Source: Octopus vulgaris
Taxonomy: Eukaryota
NCBI GenBank assembly: GCA_951406725.2
Contig: OX597815.1
Coordinates: forward strand, 105,834,001 to 105,898,000
Direction of reading: 5' to 3'
DNA length: 64,000 bases
Shown: in pieces, positions 25,914 to 39,196 of the stretch
How the letters are laid out: every line of letters begins with the position of its first letter
Position numbering within the stretch: the first letter of the stretch is position 1
Notes under the pieces: generated by a model
What the model was told of the DNA's origin: nothing
Database searches by the model: none
What the model saw: the letters and a program-made list of their open reading frames with translations, nothing else
Translations under genes and position numbers: made by a program

Positions 25914-26692
25914 GACCGATTCTATGATACCCTCTTGCAGATAACCTTGTTGACAAATGACAGGGACCTTCTTTTTGTGGCTGGTGACTTCAATGGACAT
26001 ATTGGACAACATACAGGGGGCTTCCATGGAGACTACAGTTTTGGTTCCCGCAACAAGGAGGGAACCAGACTGCTAGAGTTCTGCGATGCAAATGATCTTA
26101 TGGTTTGCAATACTAACTTCAGGAAACCTGCCAGTCACCTAGTCACCTACCTTTCTGGCAGACACACTAACCAAATTGACTACATCCTCGCCAGAAAAAG
26201 AGAAAGATGGCTGCTTATAAATGCCAAAACCTTCCCAGGCGAAGAATGTACCTCACATCATAGTCTGGTAGTTAGTGACTTTAGGATCAGGGCTAAGTGG
26301 ATGCCCAGAAGACGACCAGCATGGAGGAGAAGGGTCTGGAAGCTTAAAGATCCTGCGAATGGACAGAGATTTAGAGACATATTACTCAAAACCTTTGACG
26401 AAATAGAGGGGGATATAGCTTCACACGGTGTAGAAGACAAATGGAGGTTTCTATGGGACAACCTGCTCAGAGCCACTGACCAGATCTGTGGATGGTGCAA
26501 AGTCCTCTCTCTACCCAAAATAATGTGGTGGTAGAACAATGTTGTTGACAGCGCTATTAGAGAAAAGAAACAGACTTGGAAGAATGGAAGAATGGTGGTA
26601 GCAGGGAATTGTATCAGATTGCCAGAAGGGAAGCTAGGAGGCAGGTTTATTTAGCCAGAGGAGAAGCAGATAAGAAAAAATTTGCCAATGTT
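25914..26692 (+). mobile_element. RTE LINE fragment (AP endonuclease domain)
   Basis: AGDFNGHIG, RNKEGTRLLEFC, NQIDYIL, TSHHSLV motifs. Confidence 0.9.
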
Positions 26693-26929
26693 TCTACACA
26701 TGTGTGTCGCGATGATTGATATCTTTTGAGGTACACACACATATAGAAAATGTGACATCATCATATAAAATGTTTACGACAGCTGATTTATGGAAAAGAT
26801 TATAATGTTAAATTTTTGAAATGCAAATATGTGAATGGAAATTAAGTTTAATTTGTAGCCGAAATAGTACTGAATCTTTTGATACACCATACATCAAAAT
26901 TGGTAACTTGGTTTTGAAATGCATATGGA

Positions 26930-26960
<31 letters not shown>

Positions 26961-27718
26961 AGACAGAGTTCTTTCAAACTGAAAGTATTATCTCACATAA
27001 CAATAGAGACATAATACTGAAATAGTGATGAGATAAAAGATTGCCCTGGGCTTACATTAGGCATGAAGTTGGAAATTTATTTGGCCCATGACACTGCATG
27101 GACCTTGGCTTTTGTGTATGTATATGTGTGTATATAGATTTATATATATATATATATATATATAGCATGACATTTTGTCACATTTCTCTCTATATATCTC
27201 TCTCTTTTTCTATCTATCTCTCTTCCTTCCCGCTCTCTCTCTTTATTTATATATACACACACACACACATTGTACACCATTTCCCTCTTTCTCTCTTGTT
27301 GAAACAGTCTATTAACATAATAGATTGTTCATCAAGAGAACAAGAGAGAAACAGTGTACATTTGTTGATGTTGGAGATATATTATTGGAAACAAATACAT
27401 AGAGAGAGACAGTTTGCAATGTTTGATATTGGGAAATATATTAATGGATCCAGGGTAAGTTGAATTAAGAGTAATCTGATAATCTTGATTGCAGTCTGCA
27501 TCAGTGTGGTAGATAATCCCCTGTAAAAGTATCAGAAACAGAACAAAAATGAAGAAGAAATGGTAAAGATAAAAACAAAATGAAAACAGTAAACAAGAGT
27601 ACACAGTATATGTGGACGTATATAAAGTATTGTAGTGTAAAGATAATGTGTGTTCAACATTTCAGACAGTTGTCCTTCAACAGAAAGTAAAAGTAAAAGT
27701 GAAAATATTTTTAGTATT

Positions 27719-27812
27719 TGTTGTTGTTGTTGTTGTTGTTGTTGTGGTGGTGGTGGTGGTGGTGGTGGTGGTGGTGGTGGCGGCGGCGGCATTGTTGTAT
27801 TTGTTGTTGTTG
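27719..27812. repeat. Compound trinucleotide repeat (GTT)n(GGT)n(GGC)n
   Basis: Direct reading; gives spurious poly-P/Q/V/T ORFs. Confidence 0.95.
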
Positions 27813-29779
27813 TTTGAAAGTAAGGAGAAATGTATGTTTTTAAGTAATGTCATGGTTGGTAGGTAGAAGTGATGGAAGAAGAGGATAGTGGTATTGTTGG
27901 GTAAGAAAGCAGTGCAGGAAAAGTAGTTGTGCATTGTATATGTATGTGAAGTGAAGGTGTGGTCTATGTACAAGTGTGTGAAATCTGTGCATTTGCATGT
28001 ATGATGCTCTGTGTTTGTGTGTGTGTATGTGTACGTGTTGGTTTGGTAATACTTTGTAAACATGGGGTGTGTGGGTGTATATGTAAATGTTTGTCGGTAG
28101 AGGAAAGCAAATCAATTGTTCCAATCATATGAAGTACAGAATCACAGGTAGAAGTTTAGTTATTGTTTGCATTGCAACCAGTATATTGTGGGCCTAGGAT
28201 ACAAAAAATAATCACCAATGAAGAGGTACTGAGAACCATGGTCATGTTAGTTCAAGTGGTAATCTACAGGTGATTCACAATTGTCTCGTCAGATATCTAG
28301 ATGTTCCCTAAACTGATCCATTAATTTTTGACCCACCTCACCAAACATACAGCTAACCACATAATGTTCCTGGTAGTGCAGGTGAACCATACAGTGAGGT
28401 GAATGTAAGAGTTTGTTAGGTCTGTTACATTGGAGGCTTTAAGGATGAAAGGACATGTGTAGCAGCAGAGATGGGAACAGATAAAAGGTCCAAGTTGAGT
28501 GCATGAACAGAGAAAGGACTACAGATCAATAAGGCAAGAGCTGTAGTTCTTCCCTACTATGAACTAGGAAGGCAAGCAAGTTTTCTTCCCAAACCATAAG
28601 GATGTTTCCATATTAAAATGGAAAATTAAACTTTATTTGTATTGCAACCAGGGCATAGGAAACAATGGTGAAGATGGATGGATGCAGAGAAGTGTAATCA
28701 GACCACAAGTGATTCATGGTTTTTCTTCAGATATCAGTGGTAGATAATGCCTGTCTCTGTGTTTTTTCTACCTCTACCCTCATACCTTGTATCTATCCAC
28801 CACCAACTGCCTTTCTATTTTCCTCATGTGCCATACTTCTTGGCAAAGCAACACTGGATCACTTGTAATTACCACTTCAACTTATCTCACTTTTTCATCC
28901 AACCATGCTTTTCCTCATGTCTCAGTTGCAATGCAAGCAACTAATCTTCCACCTTAGTATGATACATGCACAATGTTTGATGATGAAGTTTTGTTCTTCC
29001 AGAGAGAGATAGAAGGTGGGTAAGAGAGAGAGAGAAAGAGATCATTTACAAGCTCAGCCAATGTTTTACTGCTGATGTTACTAGTTAGGTTCTTCCTTAC
29101 TCAGGAATTGTGCTTTCTTTTCACTCCACTCTCTGCTTGATTTTAGCTGTGCCTTGCTTGTATAAATTTTCATTTGGACTCAGTAGTATTACTCTTGTAG
29201 TGAAGAGGCACTAAAATAACATTTTATAACAGCAGTAGTATAATACCTTGTAATGCAATAATAGACGATGTTCAGAAGGTGTAACAGAACATAGTAATTT
29301 GTTATAAGAAGAAATGACAATAGCATTAAATCAAGGTTTGCTTGACAGCATACAAGGTGTAGCATTCAGAGGCATGATATAACAGTGTCCTAAGAAGAAG
29401 AGTTCAAGCTATTCATTGTAGGGTCACAAATCCAGAAGGTGTATGCAGCATAAGAAACATGTAACACTGTTACTGTATATTGTAAAATGTGAACAGGATA
29501 AATGTTCAAACAGTCCATAAATAGTTATTTAGTTCTAGAGTATTTTTTCCTTCAATATAGTCCACATGGCGGAGTTGAGCTCCGACAGCAACATGACAAA
29601 TTGCATCTGACTTTCTTGGAGGTTTGGCTGGGACTGGTTAAAATTTTCCCGTAACTTTGTAAAAAGCAGCAGTGTGTATCTATGCGTGAGGTAAAGCGGT
29701 TGACTACACTAACCAAATCACACATAGATGGATAACAGTTCCGCCAAAGGGAATTAGTGCTCCTACACTCTTCTTTTAT

Positions 29780-31060
29780 TGTTGGAGGAGACTATACTTC
29801 CTCCAGGTATCTCTTCTATGAATATCAACAAACTATGCTTTATCTTTTCATCTTTTACTGAATTCTTTACTGGGCCTGTTGCTCAATTCAGTCTCATCTT
29901 ATCTATTGCAAATATTATATCCTTTATTCCAATACACAATTTCAGTGCTGTAGGGCTCATGTAGCTTATCTATTTGTATGTATTCCAGTGTAGTTGTGAA
30001 AACAGTGTATTCATTGAATACTCTATCCAATATTCCACTTAACTTTTGAGGGTCTGTATAAAGTGATGTTTTTCTATCAAATAATAGGGTTTTTAAGGGT
30101 CACTCATACCGTTACTTTCAGAAATCTATAAACCACTGTTTGGTGGGTGTTTGATTTCTGTCTCTATTCTCTCATTTTGTATTTCTACGGATAGCAGTCT
30201 TCAGTTAGTTTTTAGCAATTTGAGACCTCTGATCTTCATGTCAGAATCTTTTCTGGGATATATTCGATGTATTTTTAATAATTGCTTCAGTTCCATGTTG
30301 TCTTGCATGGAAATCCTGTAGATTGTTTTCTCAAATAATTTTCAGTCTAACTTGTGGAAATTCTGACTAGATGAACTCAGCTGGATTGGTTCATGTAAGG
30401 TGCCATACATTGTTAATTCTACTTAGAATCATAGATTGTATAAGTCATTTCATATTGTGGACAGGCTCTACATTAAACTTGAAGCAGTGATGTAGAGTGT
30501 GTCTTGCTGGATAGAGAATCATTTGTTCTCTGAACAGTATATAGATTAGTTCAAGATTCGGATCATCTTCAGTCATGTAATACTTCTCAGACAGACTGTG
30601 ACCCTGACATAATTTGATGTTGGTAAAACTGAAGTCTCTCAAAAGGAAAACAGTAGTTTAGTGATTCATTTTCACTGATATTTTTCTATCTTTCTAAGAC
30701 TCCTCACAAATACCAGGATTAGAGTCATCTGGTGAGAGACATGTTCTATTTAACTGTGTGTTTAGTTACCTAATATGTACTTTTAGTGTGTTACAAGTAT
30801 AGTCTGAAGCAACAGCTACAAGTGTGACATCTTCATAAATACACACTACAACTCTGCCTTGACTACTTTCTTTCTTGTTGGTCCAATAGCATACTTTGGT
30901 ATGTATAATTCTACATCTGTTTTGTTTGTTGTTGAATGTGTTTCCATAAGAGTTATAATGCATTGCTTTATGATATATAACAAGGTCTTAAAGGTAGGGA
31001 ATTTCACTCCTGATGCTCAGGTAGTTACTGAAAAATTGAACATAAGTCTAGAAATTGAAC
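29780..31060 (-). mobile_element. Ancient CR1-like LINE relic (endonuclease to linker)
   Basis: Broken - strand frames give RDFSFTNIK (GDFN-like), EQMILYPAR, TDPQKLSGIL...VFT and DIIFAIDKMRLN*ATGP. Confidence 0.5.
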
Positions 31061-31275
31061 ATGTACCATTAGCTTAGTGGATAAGGATGCCAATATCCTT
31101 TGTTTGAATTCAAATCTCACCAGGAATAATATAAATATTCAGATATAGGAATAAACCAATTAAACTCCTGTGCAGTAGGAAACATACAAAAATTTTTTAA
31201 TTACTTAAATATTTAATAAATCATCTGGGAAATGCAGATATATAACATTTTTATCAATTTTATATATTTTTCAAG

Positions 31276-31437
31276 GACTCACAGACAAACTATACACAAT
31301 GTGCTAAAGAATTATGTCGACTGAGATCAAAATTTAAACAACTTGAAGAAGAAACTTTGCAGTTAAAGATTGAAGTCGAATCTGGTGTCTCACTTAAAAA
31401 AAATGACAAAGTCAGGATTGAAGAATTAACTAAAGAG
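31276..31437 (+). CDS. CCDC171: CCDC171-like exon
   Basis: ttttcaag acceptor, gtaaag donor. DSQTNYTQCAKELCRLRSKFKQLEEETLQLKIEVES...RIEELTKE, 162 nt, phase 0/0. Confidence 0.85.
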
Positions 31438-31470
31438 GTAAAGAAATGGTTTTTAGAATTATTACAGATT

Positions 31471-31680
31471 TAACCATTTTGATACAAACCAGGTTGAGAT
31501 TGCCCTTGATTCTATGTTACAAACTTCTTGATTTAAACTGATATAATTAAAGCCTTCCATCAAAATTCCATGCTAATTTATGTTTCAAACACCAGCTTAA
31601 TAAGGACAAAGTTATTTTACTAAATTATTTTCCAAATATATTAAAACAAAGACAATGTATTTGAACAGAAATATGGTAAA
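31471..31680. mobile_element. piggyBac-type MITE remnant
   Basis: Begins ttaaccattttgatac; right end eroded (gaaatatggtaa). Confidence 0.4.
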
Positions 31681-32224
31681 TGGAGAATATTGCTCTGCTT
31701 GCATACTAAAATTATTCTGCTTCAACTCTTTATTGAACTGATTTTTAATAATACTAAACAGCATTAGGATTAATTTTTAATGGTTTAATCAGGACTATAT
31801 GATGGTGTTCACAGGGAAGTTATTGATGAGGATTAAATTCCAGACGTTTGATGTCTTAAAAAGATACTGTGAGAAAATGGTGGGCTTCAGCTGATGAGTG
31901 ATGAGAAGGGGAAACATCCACCCACCTTTATCTATGATGGTTATTGTTTTCTGTTTTACTCATCATTATTCTCCTACACACTCCACTTTGTTACATTGTA
32001 GGCTGCTCAATGTCAAAATAAATGCCTTAGAAAGAAGTGATTCTAGAGACATCAGACTGATGGGTTAAGTCAAAAACTAATAGAGAAATAGTTCTGGCAA
32101 ACGTTTGCTTTCCATGCTGCCATGGGTTAGATAATTTGACTAGAACTAGTAAGCTGGAGAGCTGCACCAGGTTCCAATCTGACTTTGGCTTGGTTTCTAC
32201 ATCTGATTGCCCTTCCTAATGCCT

Positions 32225-32986
32225 AGTGTTTTTCCCTACTTTTAGGTCACTTTAAATAAAACCCACTTTTCAATAGCACTGTGTACAAACTCTATACTTG
32301 GAATGACCAATTTTAAATACTACTGGAATTTACTCACAAGGTATTGGAATCATATATGTATACCATTCTGCCTAAAAAATGGATCTACAAATGCAATATC
32401 CCTGCATATCTCACATCTATTGTCATTCCTCCACTTCACTCTCTATTTTGTATCTTATTTAAATTAACTATTGCCTAGCCATTTTCTCACATCATCTCCA
32501 ATGAAGAGATATAATAAATATCCTGGAAACAACTGTAAGACCTTCTATTTATAAATGTTCTAAAATCTTCACAGCCTTGGTTTTTTATCTCATTCTGAAA
32601 AAAATTTTTTTATATACACACATGCTGATATATGACCTACGTTGGACTCTTTATTCATATAATCACTGAACCTGGAGCTTAACTATGGTTTATCCATAGC
32701 ACTTACTCAGCATTACCTGACACCTTTGGGTCTTGTTGACACCATTACCTCTCATAACCTCTATTCACACCATATATATACACTATATATGCCATGATAG
32801 ACTGCTAGCCACTAAACCTTTTCTATTTTCTCTCCCTGTTTATTTCTGTGTTCCTTTCTGTCGAAGAGCATAGGCTCAAAACGTAAAAGACTTTCTCACT
32901 TCCTGAGTGTTAAACTAATACATCTGTTTGCTATTTACACCCCCTCTTTTTTTTCTTTTTTTGTAAATTCTCACTATATATATATA
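32225..32986 (+). mobile_element. Two adjacent Penelope-like 3' tails with hammerhead-like motifs
   Basis: Motifs at 32495-32540 (tct-ccaatga...gaaa-caactg-ta-aga) and 32854-32890 (cttt-ctgtcga-a-gagc atag gctc-aaaa-cg-ta-aaag); each tail ends in a TA run. Confidence 0.55.
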
Positions 32987-34599
32987 GTGGTTACAAAGAG
33001 TTGGAAAGCCATCTCAAGCAAACTTATTCTGATGCCAACAGAGGAGGTGAGTTTAAACATTTACCAGGGCTGAACAGAATCGCCACTCCAGGTGCAGGGT
33101 TTGATACTTCCATGGTCAAATTCAGGGAAGTTCAGGAGGTAGTGCACAAAGCAAGGGCTGGTTTTGCTGTTGGCCCTAATAAGGTGACATATGCTGTGTA
33201 CAACAACTATCCAAAGTTACTGAGGTGTTTGTGGCAATCGCTGGTTGAGATATGGAGGTGTGGTAAAGTTCCTGAGTGTTTGTGTAGAGTTGATGGGATT
33301 TACATACCCTAAGAGGAAGACTCAGTGACGCTCTTTGCTGTGTTGAGGGAAAAATCTTCTTCACTGTATTTGCAAAGTGACTCACTACTTACTTGCTTGT
33401 CAATGGCTTTGTGGACACTAGTATACAGAAATCAGGTGTCCCAGGGTTCCCAGGATGCCTTGAGCATGTCTCAATGATTTGGGCTAAGATCAAAGAGAAG
33501 AAAGCATTGTGTAAGGAGCTGCATTTTGTATGGCTGGACCTAGCAATTGCATATGGTTCTGTGCTTCATAGCATGATACGGGAAGCCCTGGAGTTCTTCT
33601 ATGTGCCCCAGAAACTCCAACACATTCTATCTACATACTTTGACCAGTTCATGTTCACTACTGCAAAGTACTCCACTGAATACATTGGTCTAGAAAAGGG
33701 GATATCAAAGGGTTGTGCCATCTCCCTAATCCTCTTTGTGATGGTTATGGAGGTCATACTGGGGGGCTTAAAGCCTGAGCACAGTTTCAACCAATGAGAA
33801 GTAAAACCGAGAGCATTCATGGATGATCTCACCATTGTGCAGGATAATATCAACGTTGCGAGAGGCTGTTAAGTGCAAGGCATTTGAAAGCTTTGATCCA
33901 GACTGCACATGATGTGCATCCATCTCCAGCAAATCTCAAAAAATGGGGTATCCAAGAGAGTGCACAGTGCCACTTTTGTGGGAAGTGTCGGCAGCCTCAA
34001 ACACATGCTGTCAGCTTGCCCCAAAGCACTCCAGTCTGGATGGTATATATTTAGAGATAACTTAGTGCTAAACAAGACAGCATTTGTGAAACAAGGTGTG
34101 AGGCCAAAGAAATAGAAACCTCAGCAGGCGAAAGACAGAATATGGGAGGTGTTCATAGACAAGCCATTGCCTGAAAACATCATTGTGTCAGCACTCCAAC
34201 TTGACCTGGTTTTGGTAGCTGAGGCCCATGAGCAAAAGCTGTTGGGCTATGAAGAGCTGGTAGCTGAAATTTGGGAGAAGGGTTATATCTGTGAGCTGGT
34301 TGCGTTCAAGGTTGGCTGCAGGGGTTTCTGAAGGTGGCTGGTGTGTCTGCTGTTAAGAAGACCATCAAGGAACGTGAGGATAAGCAGTTGAGGGTAGTGC
34401 TTAGATTACCAGAAGGTTTATGAATGCAGACAAGGCCACAAAACTGTCATGAGTCTAGTTGCAATGCAATACGTCCAGCTGTTGCGGACCCACCATGTGG
34501 AGAGATACTGAGCTTGATGGGCCAAAATCTTGTCAAAGCACAGTGCTCAGCTGATGATTGCAGCCAGATTAGAAATGGAGCACACTATGTTTTCTTCTA

Positions 34600-34600
<1 letters not shown>
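32987..34600 (+). mobile_element. Decayed HERO-clade (restriction-like endonuclease) non-LTR retrotransposon
   Basis: QKSGVPGFPGCLEH, WLDLAIAYGSV, GCAISLILF, AFMDDLT, LKHMLSACPKAL (Zn knuckle) and AHEQK..YEEL...VGCRGF (REL domain); flanked by (TA)n on both sides. Confidence 0.8.

Positions 34601-34602
<2 letters not shown>

Positions 34603-34668
<66 letters not shown>
34603..34668. repeat. (TA)n microsatellite
   Basis: Direct reading. Confidence 0.97.
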
Positions 34669-34672
<4 letters not shown>

Positions 34673-37572
34673 CACAAGCTCCAGATTTTGAACTAAGTGC
34701 AAAAGTTTCTACTACCATAACAAATGCTTCTGCGTATCACTGAGAAATCTATTGAGAGCAAAAAGAATCTTCTAAGTAAGGAGCTCTAACTTGTTTCTTA
34801 GAAAGAATTCTGCAAGTCCGTCTATGAGTGCTTGTGAACCGATGATCTCATCTACAAGTGATGGTGTGCGCAAGTCTAGTGTGAGTCAAAGTGATTCAGA
34901 AAACGATTATAATATTTTTTATAATAAATGATCTTGACTTTTTTTTACTTTACATAAAACATTCTTTACATTCTACTGTTGTTTTATTGCCATATATTTA
35001 TGAGTTTTATACATTTTACAGGTAAAATATTTTTCTGGGAGTGAAACATTGCTACTATGGGAAATTATTGCTCTGCTTTACAAGTTTTAGCTTTACAAGC
35101 AGTCTCCAGGAACAAATTAACTTGTATATTGAGGCATTACTGTGTGTGTGTGTGTGGCTGTTTGCTTAAGAAATTCACTCCCCAACCACTTGGTTTCAGG
35201 TTCAGTCCACTGTATGGCACTTTGAGTAGGTTTTGTTTTTTTATGATCCCCTTTGGCATGGTTTCTACAGCTGGATGCCCTCCTTAATGCCAACTACTTT
35301 ACAGAGTGTACTGGATGCTTTTTCTGTGGCACCAGTCCTGATGCTTTCTACATGACACTAGTACTGGAACTTTTTACGGGACGCCAGCACCAGCAGGGTC
35401 ACCAAGTAAATTGCAAAACAAAGACACCCTCAACTGGGAGTAGAAGTGGTAGTAAGGGAGGTAGCTTTCTGTTGGTTGAGAAGTTGAAGTATAAGAGAAG
35501 GACAGAGATAGGTGACTCTGTCTACCAAACCACTTACAAGGCTATATCATTATCATCATTGTTTTAATGTTCACTTTTGCATGCTTACATAGGTTGGACA
35601 GAATTTGTAACCAGCCCTCACCTGTTTCCAAGTAAGGTAATATTTCCCAGACATGTGTTCACAGAATATTAGCAATGAAGGACACCTTGTGTGATAGTAA
35701 CACTCGTTTACAACTATCACATGATGTCAAAGCAAGGCGGCAGTAACACACACACATACATATATGTGTAATTGATGGGCTTCTTTTAGTTTCCATCTGC
35801 CAAGTTCACAGACAAGGCTTTGGTCAACTCAGGGTTATAGTATAAGACACTTGCCCAAGGTGCCATTTCTCATTTTCATCTTGTTCGTGGACTGAACCTT
35901 GAACCATGTGGTTGGAAGGCAAACTTTTTACCATACAGCCATGCCTGTACACACACACACATACTGAGAGAGAGAGGGAGGTATCTCTTCCCATTTTAGT
36001 CTTGACATTATTTCCTTGATTAGTGTGAAACATTACCACTTAAGAAGCAGTGTCATTGTTTGCGTCTTCTATATTAAGCATGTTCAACTTACAAAAAAAC
36101 CAAGGGAATAAATACCTTATTCTGAAACAAGGAGCTGGCAATATGAAAGGCCTTAATCCTTTAACAAGTCTTTTCGTGCAGGACACAAAAAAAGCGGGGA
36201 AAATACAAGATGATAATCAATTAAATACCTTATAATGCAAATGTGACTTATTTACACCCGTCAACACCTGTCCAAGCCACACCCTACCTTAAAGGGTTAA
36301 CAAGTATCAGTTGGAAAAATAAGCATGGAAAAAGCAAATGTAAAAATCGTAATGGTAGTGATAGTGGTGGTGGCGGTGGCGGCGGCGACGGCTAATCACC
36401 TTCCTATAATTTCTTAATTATGATTACACTGATTCATAATTAATACTGGAATCATATCCTAATAATTCCAATCTCTAGTTAGCTCTTTCTACTTTTTGAT
36501 GTTTCCAGTAAAAGAAAACAAATCTCTTTGGTTAAATTGAACTTGTGTATTATTGTACAAGAGCAATGCGAATGTAAGTTGAGTTTGATGATATCAGAAA
36601 TTATAATTGTTTGAAACTAAATTTATAATTTGCTAAAACATTCATTCATAGAAAATATTCAGAAACATTAAATTATTCTGGCACTCTTTCTTTCACAACT
36701 ATCCTCTACTTAGTCTTCCATGTGATTTTATATCATAGCCTCAACTCTATGATGTCACTTGAGTGAGTTCTCCCATTCACCTTGGTTTATGTGGTGGGGG
36801 CGGAGAAGCAATGGAGTTCAACTACGCAAATCAATGTGGAGTAGGCGTAAACAGTTAAAGGGAGATAATAACAGGATTGATATTTGGGGAAGATGACAAC
36901 TTGCAGAATTTTCTCTCTTGCATAAATTAACAGAAGTCTTTTTGTTTAAACTGCTATTAACATCCGTTGGAAATATTTTTAAAGATGTGTTACAGGAATT
37001 GAATAGATAACAGTAAAATAGATAGCTAAATGAGAGTTGTGATTTTGGTGATGATCATAATCGTCGTCATCATTATTAGAATAATATTCTTCTGCAATTA
37101 ATATAAATAAATAAATTTATAAAATTGTTCTTACCCTTATCTAAATAGAGAATGATAGTTGTTTTAAAATAAAATTGTTTTTCTTTAATTGTTATTGTGT
37201 AGTTCCATGTCTCTAAAATGTTATTGTATAGTCCCATGTCTCTAAAATGTGTTCTAGCCATGACTCCTTTTTTTTTTTTTTTTTTTTTTTACAGAATTAA
37301 TCTGGTGCTACCTCATCTACTATAACATTCCTCTTTTTAAAACAGTACAATATGATTTAGGGACAGTTTAACGATCCCTTGTCAAGTATATATCTAATAG
37401 TTGTTGTTTAGCCTTCATCTCATATCTAACCCTGTAGACCTTATTATCAAAGTGACTTCATGTACTATTCTGAATTGTGTCTTGAACTACATTATCTAGT
37501 ATCTCTCTCCTATTTATGATAGCAAAGTGCGATTTAAAAGGAAGATTTTTTCCATTGTTTTGTCTTATTTTT

Positions 37573-38166
37573 CACAGGGCCCTTTTTCTTATGCACAAAA
37601 ATGTAGCATGTGTTCCATAGTATACGAAATAAATTTACAAATGCTATACACAAGTGAAATGATACGCCTTTAACTTTAGACTCTTCAACACCTGTTGAAT
37701 GACGTCCTGCTTATGTGACAGTGAGGCACCAGGACTTTGTGTAATCCTTTGGTGAATGCCCTGAATAACTGTAGGGTCTTTTTGTTTTGGGGCGATGTGC
37801 ACTGACACCATGGCATGCCACTTCTTAACCAACATTTGTATCATTCTCTTTGGCAGCAAGACTTTGTCCAGAAACTTGACTTCAAAAATTTCATGTGTTT
37901 GCTGAAAAGAACCCATTCTTACATATGCTTCCACAATCTTCCCTCTTTCCACAATTGAGTATGTTATCTTGCAAAAATAGGCTAGAACTGTTCACTAAAT
38001 GATGAGGATAATGTAGCAAACCATCAACTAGTGTGCCATCTTTGTTTAGCAGTTACAAGCCGTCAAAATGACACAAGAACACTTGGGTGCGTTTTGTGTA
38101 TGTAAATTTATTTTTGTCTTTACACTATGCTACAGAACCCAGGCTCCATTTTTATATGCCACCCTG
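37573..38166 (-). mobile_element. Tc1/mariner-superfamily deletion derivative (DUF4817-like HTH N-terminus)
   Basis: caccctg-TA terminus with an eroded inverted copy at 37573-37643; ORF ERGKIVEAYVRMGSF...IQMLVKKW...RITQSP. Confidence 0.65.
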
Positions 38167-38219
38167 TAATTTGAAGAATAATTAGTAACTTAGCTGGAAA
38201 GGTGTCTGTGATATATATT

Positions 38220-38410
38220 GATAGGGAGAGTTTACGGAAAAAAACAAAAGACGTAGACAAGTGGTGTACAAAACAAACAGATATATTAGTATAACGCTCA
38301 GGAATAGAATAAGTCTTTTACGTTTCGAGCCTACGCTCTTCTACAGAAAGGGACACAGGAAACAAGAAGAGAAGAAAATGTGTGTAGTGGCTAACGATCT
38401 ATCATGGCAT
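38220..38410 (-). mobile_element. Penelope-like tail with well-preserved hammerhead-like motif (38315-38350)
   Basis: - strand: cttt-CTGTAGA-a-gagc gtag gctc-GAAA-cg-TA-aaag. Same family as 32790-32986; flanked by TA-rich repeats. Confidence 0.6.
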
Positions 38411-38895
38411 CATATATATTGATACATACACACACACAGGCCTGTTCTACTGGCCATTTATTTTAGGTTGTTTTTCTCCTGTCTCTTTTGATGAATAATT
38501 AATAGCTTCCAAAATTCTATGTAAGGACTTCTGATCTCAGTGCAATTTAACTATGTCCCAACTACTGCAGGATTCATTCCGGCCTGTGATTATCTCCAGT
38601 TTCAGGAAGGGTTGGGTAAGAGATATGGATTAGTTATGCATGTGACTGTTACCCATAATATTTGAAGGTCTCTGAAAGTGCTCATGGGGATGATACAATT
38701 GATGTTTAACTTAAACATCTCTAAATCCATGCTTGCTTATAAAACATATTTAGGGACAGTTGACATTCTAAGGAAAAATTATTCAGGAGAAAATTATTAG
38801 TATCAGCTCATATGAAGATACAGTAGAAGTGATACAAAAAGGAGAGTCAAGTGTGCCAAGATGGCTTTGGTTGAGTATTTTCCAATGGTCTAGGA

Positions 38896-39060
38896 CAGTG
38901 GTTCCCAACCTTTTCACTACCAAGGACCCCTTTTGTTTAAATGGATTTTCCCACAAATCCCAGGTTTTCAAAGATCTATCAGCTTAACATGCTCATGGAC
39001 CCCCAGTACTACCTTTGTGGAACACCAGGGGGTCTGCAGACCACAGTTTGAGAATCACTG
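38896..39060. mobile_element. hAT (Charlie-like) MITE
   Basis: cagtggttcccaa...ttgagaatcactg TIRs; perfect 8-bp TSD gtctagga. Confidence 0.9.
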
Positions 39061-39157
39061 GTCTAGGATAAAGAATGGAATAAAGAAAAGTTACTATTCT
39101 ATATAAATTAATTGCTATTATTTTCATTATTTCCAATTTTTTCTTTTCTGTATAAAG

Positions 39158-39196
39158 ATCATGAACTTGAAAGTGAAACATAAGAAGGAAATGGAG
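39158..39196 (+). CDS. CCDC171: CCDC171-like small exon
   Basis: Long pyrimidine tract + aag acceptor, gtaagt donor. IMNLKVKHKKEME, 39 nt, phase 0/0; fills the expected gap between flanking exons. Confidence 0.72.

Noticed and set aside
27532-28063. Poly-Pro/Gln, poly-Val and poly-Thr ORFs
   Set aside because: Stop-free frames of a compound trinucleotide repeat; no splice or homology support.
34669-36300. Possible piggyBac relic ending aaagggTTAA at 36300
   Set aside because: No matching left terminus or transposase motif found; the region is fragmented by SINEs.
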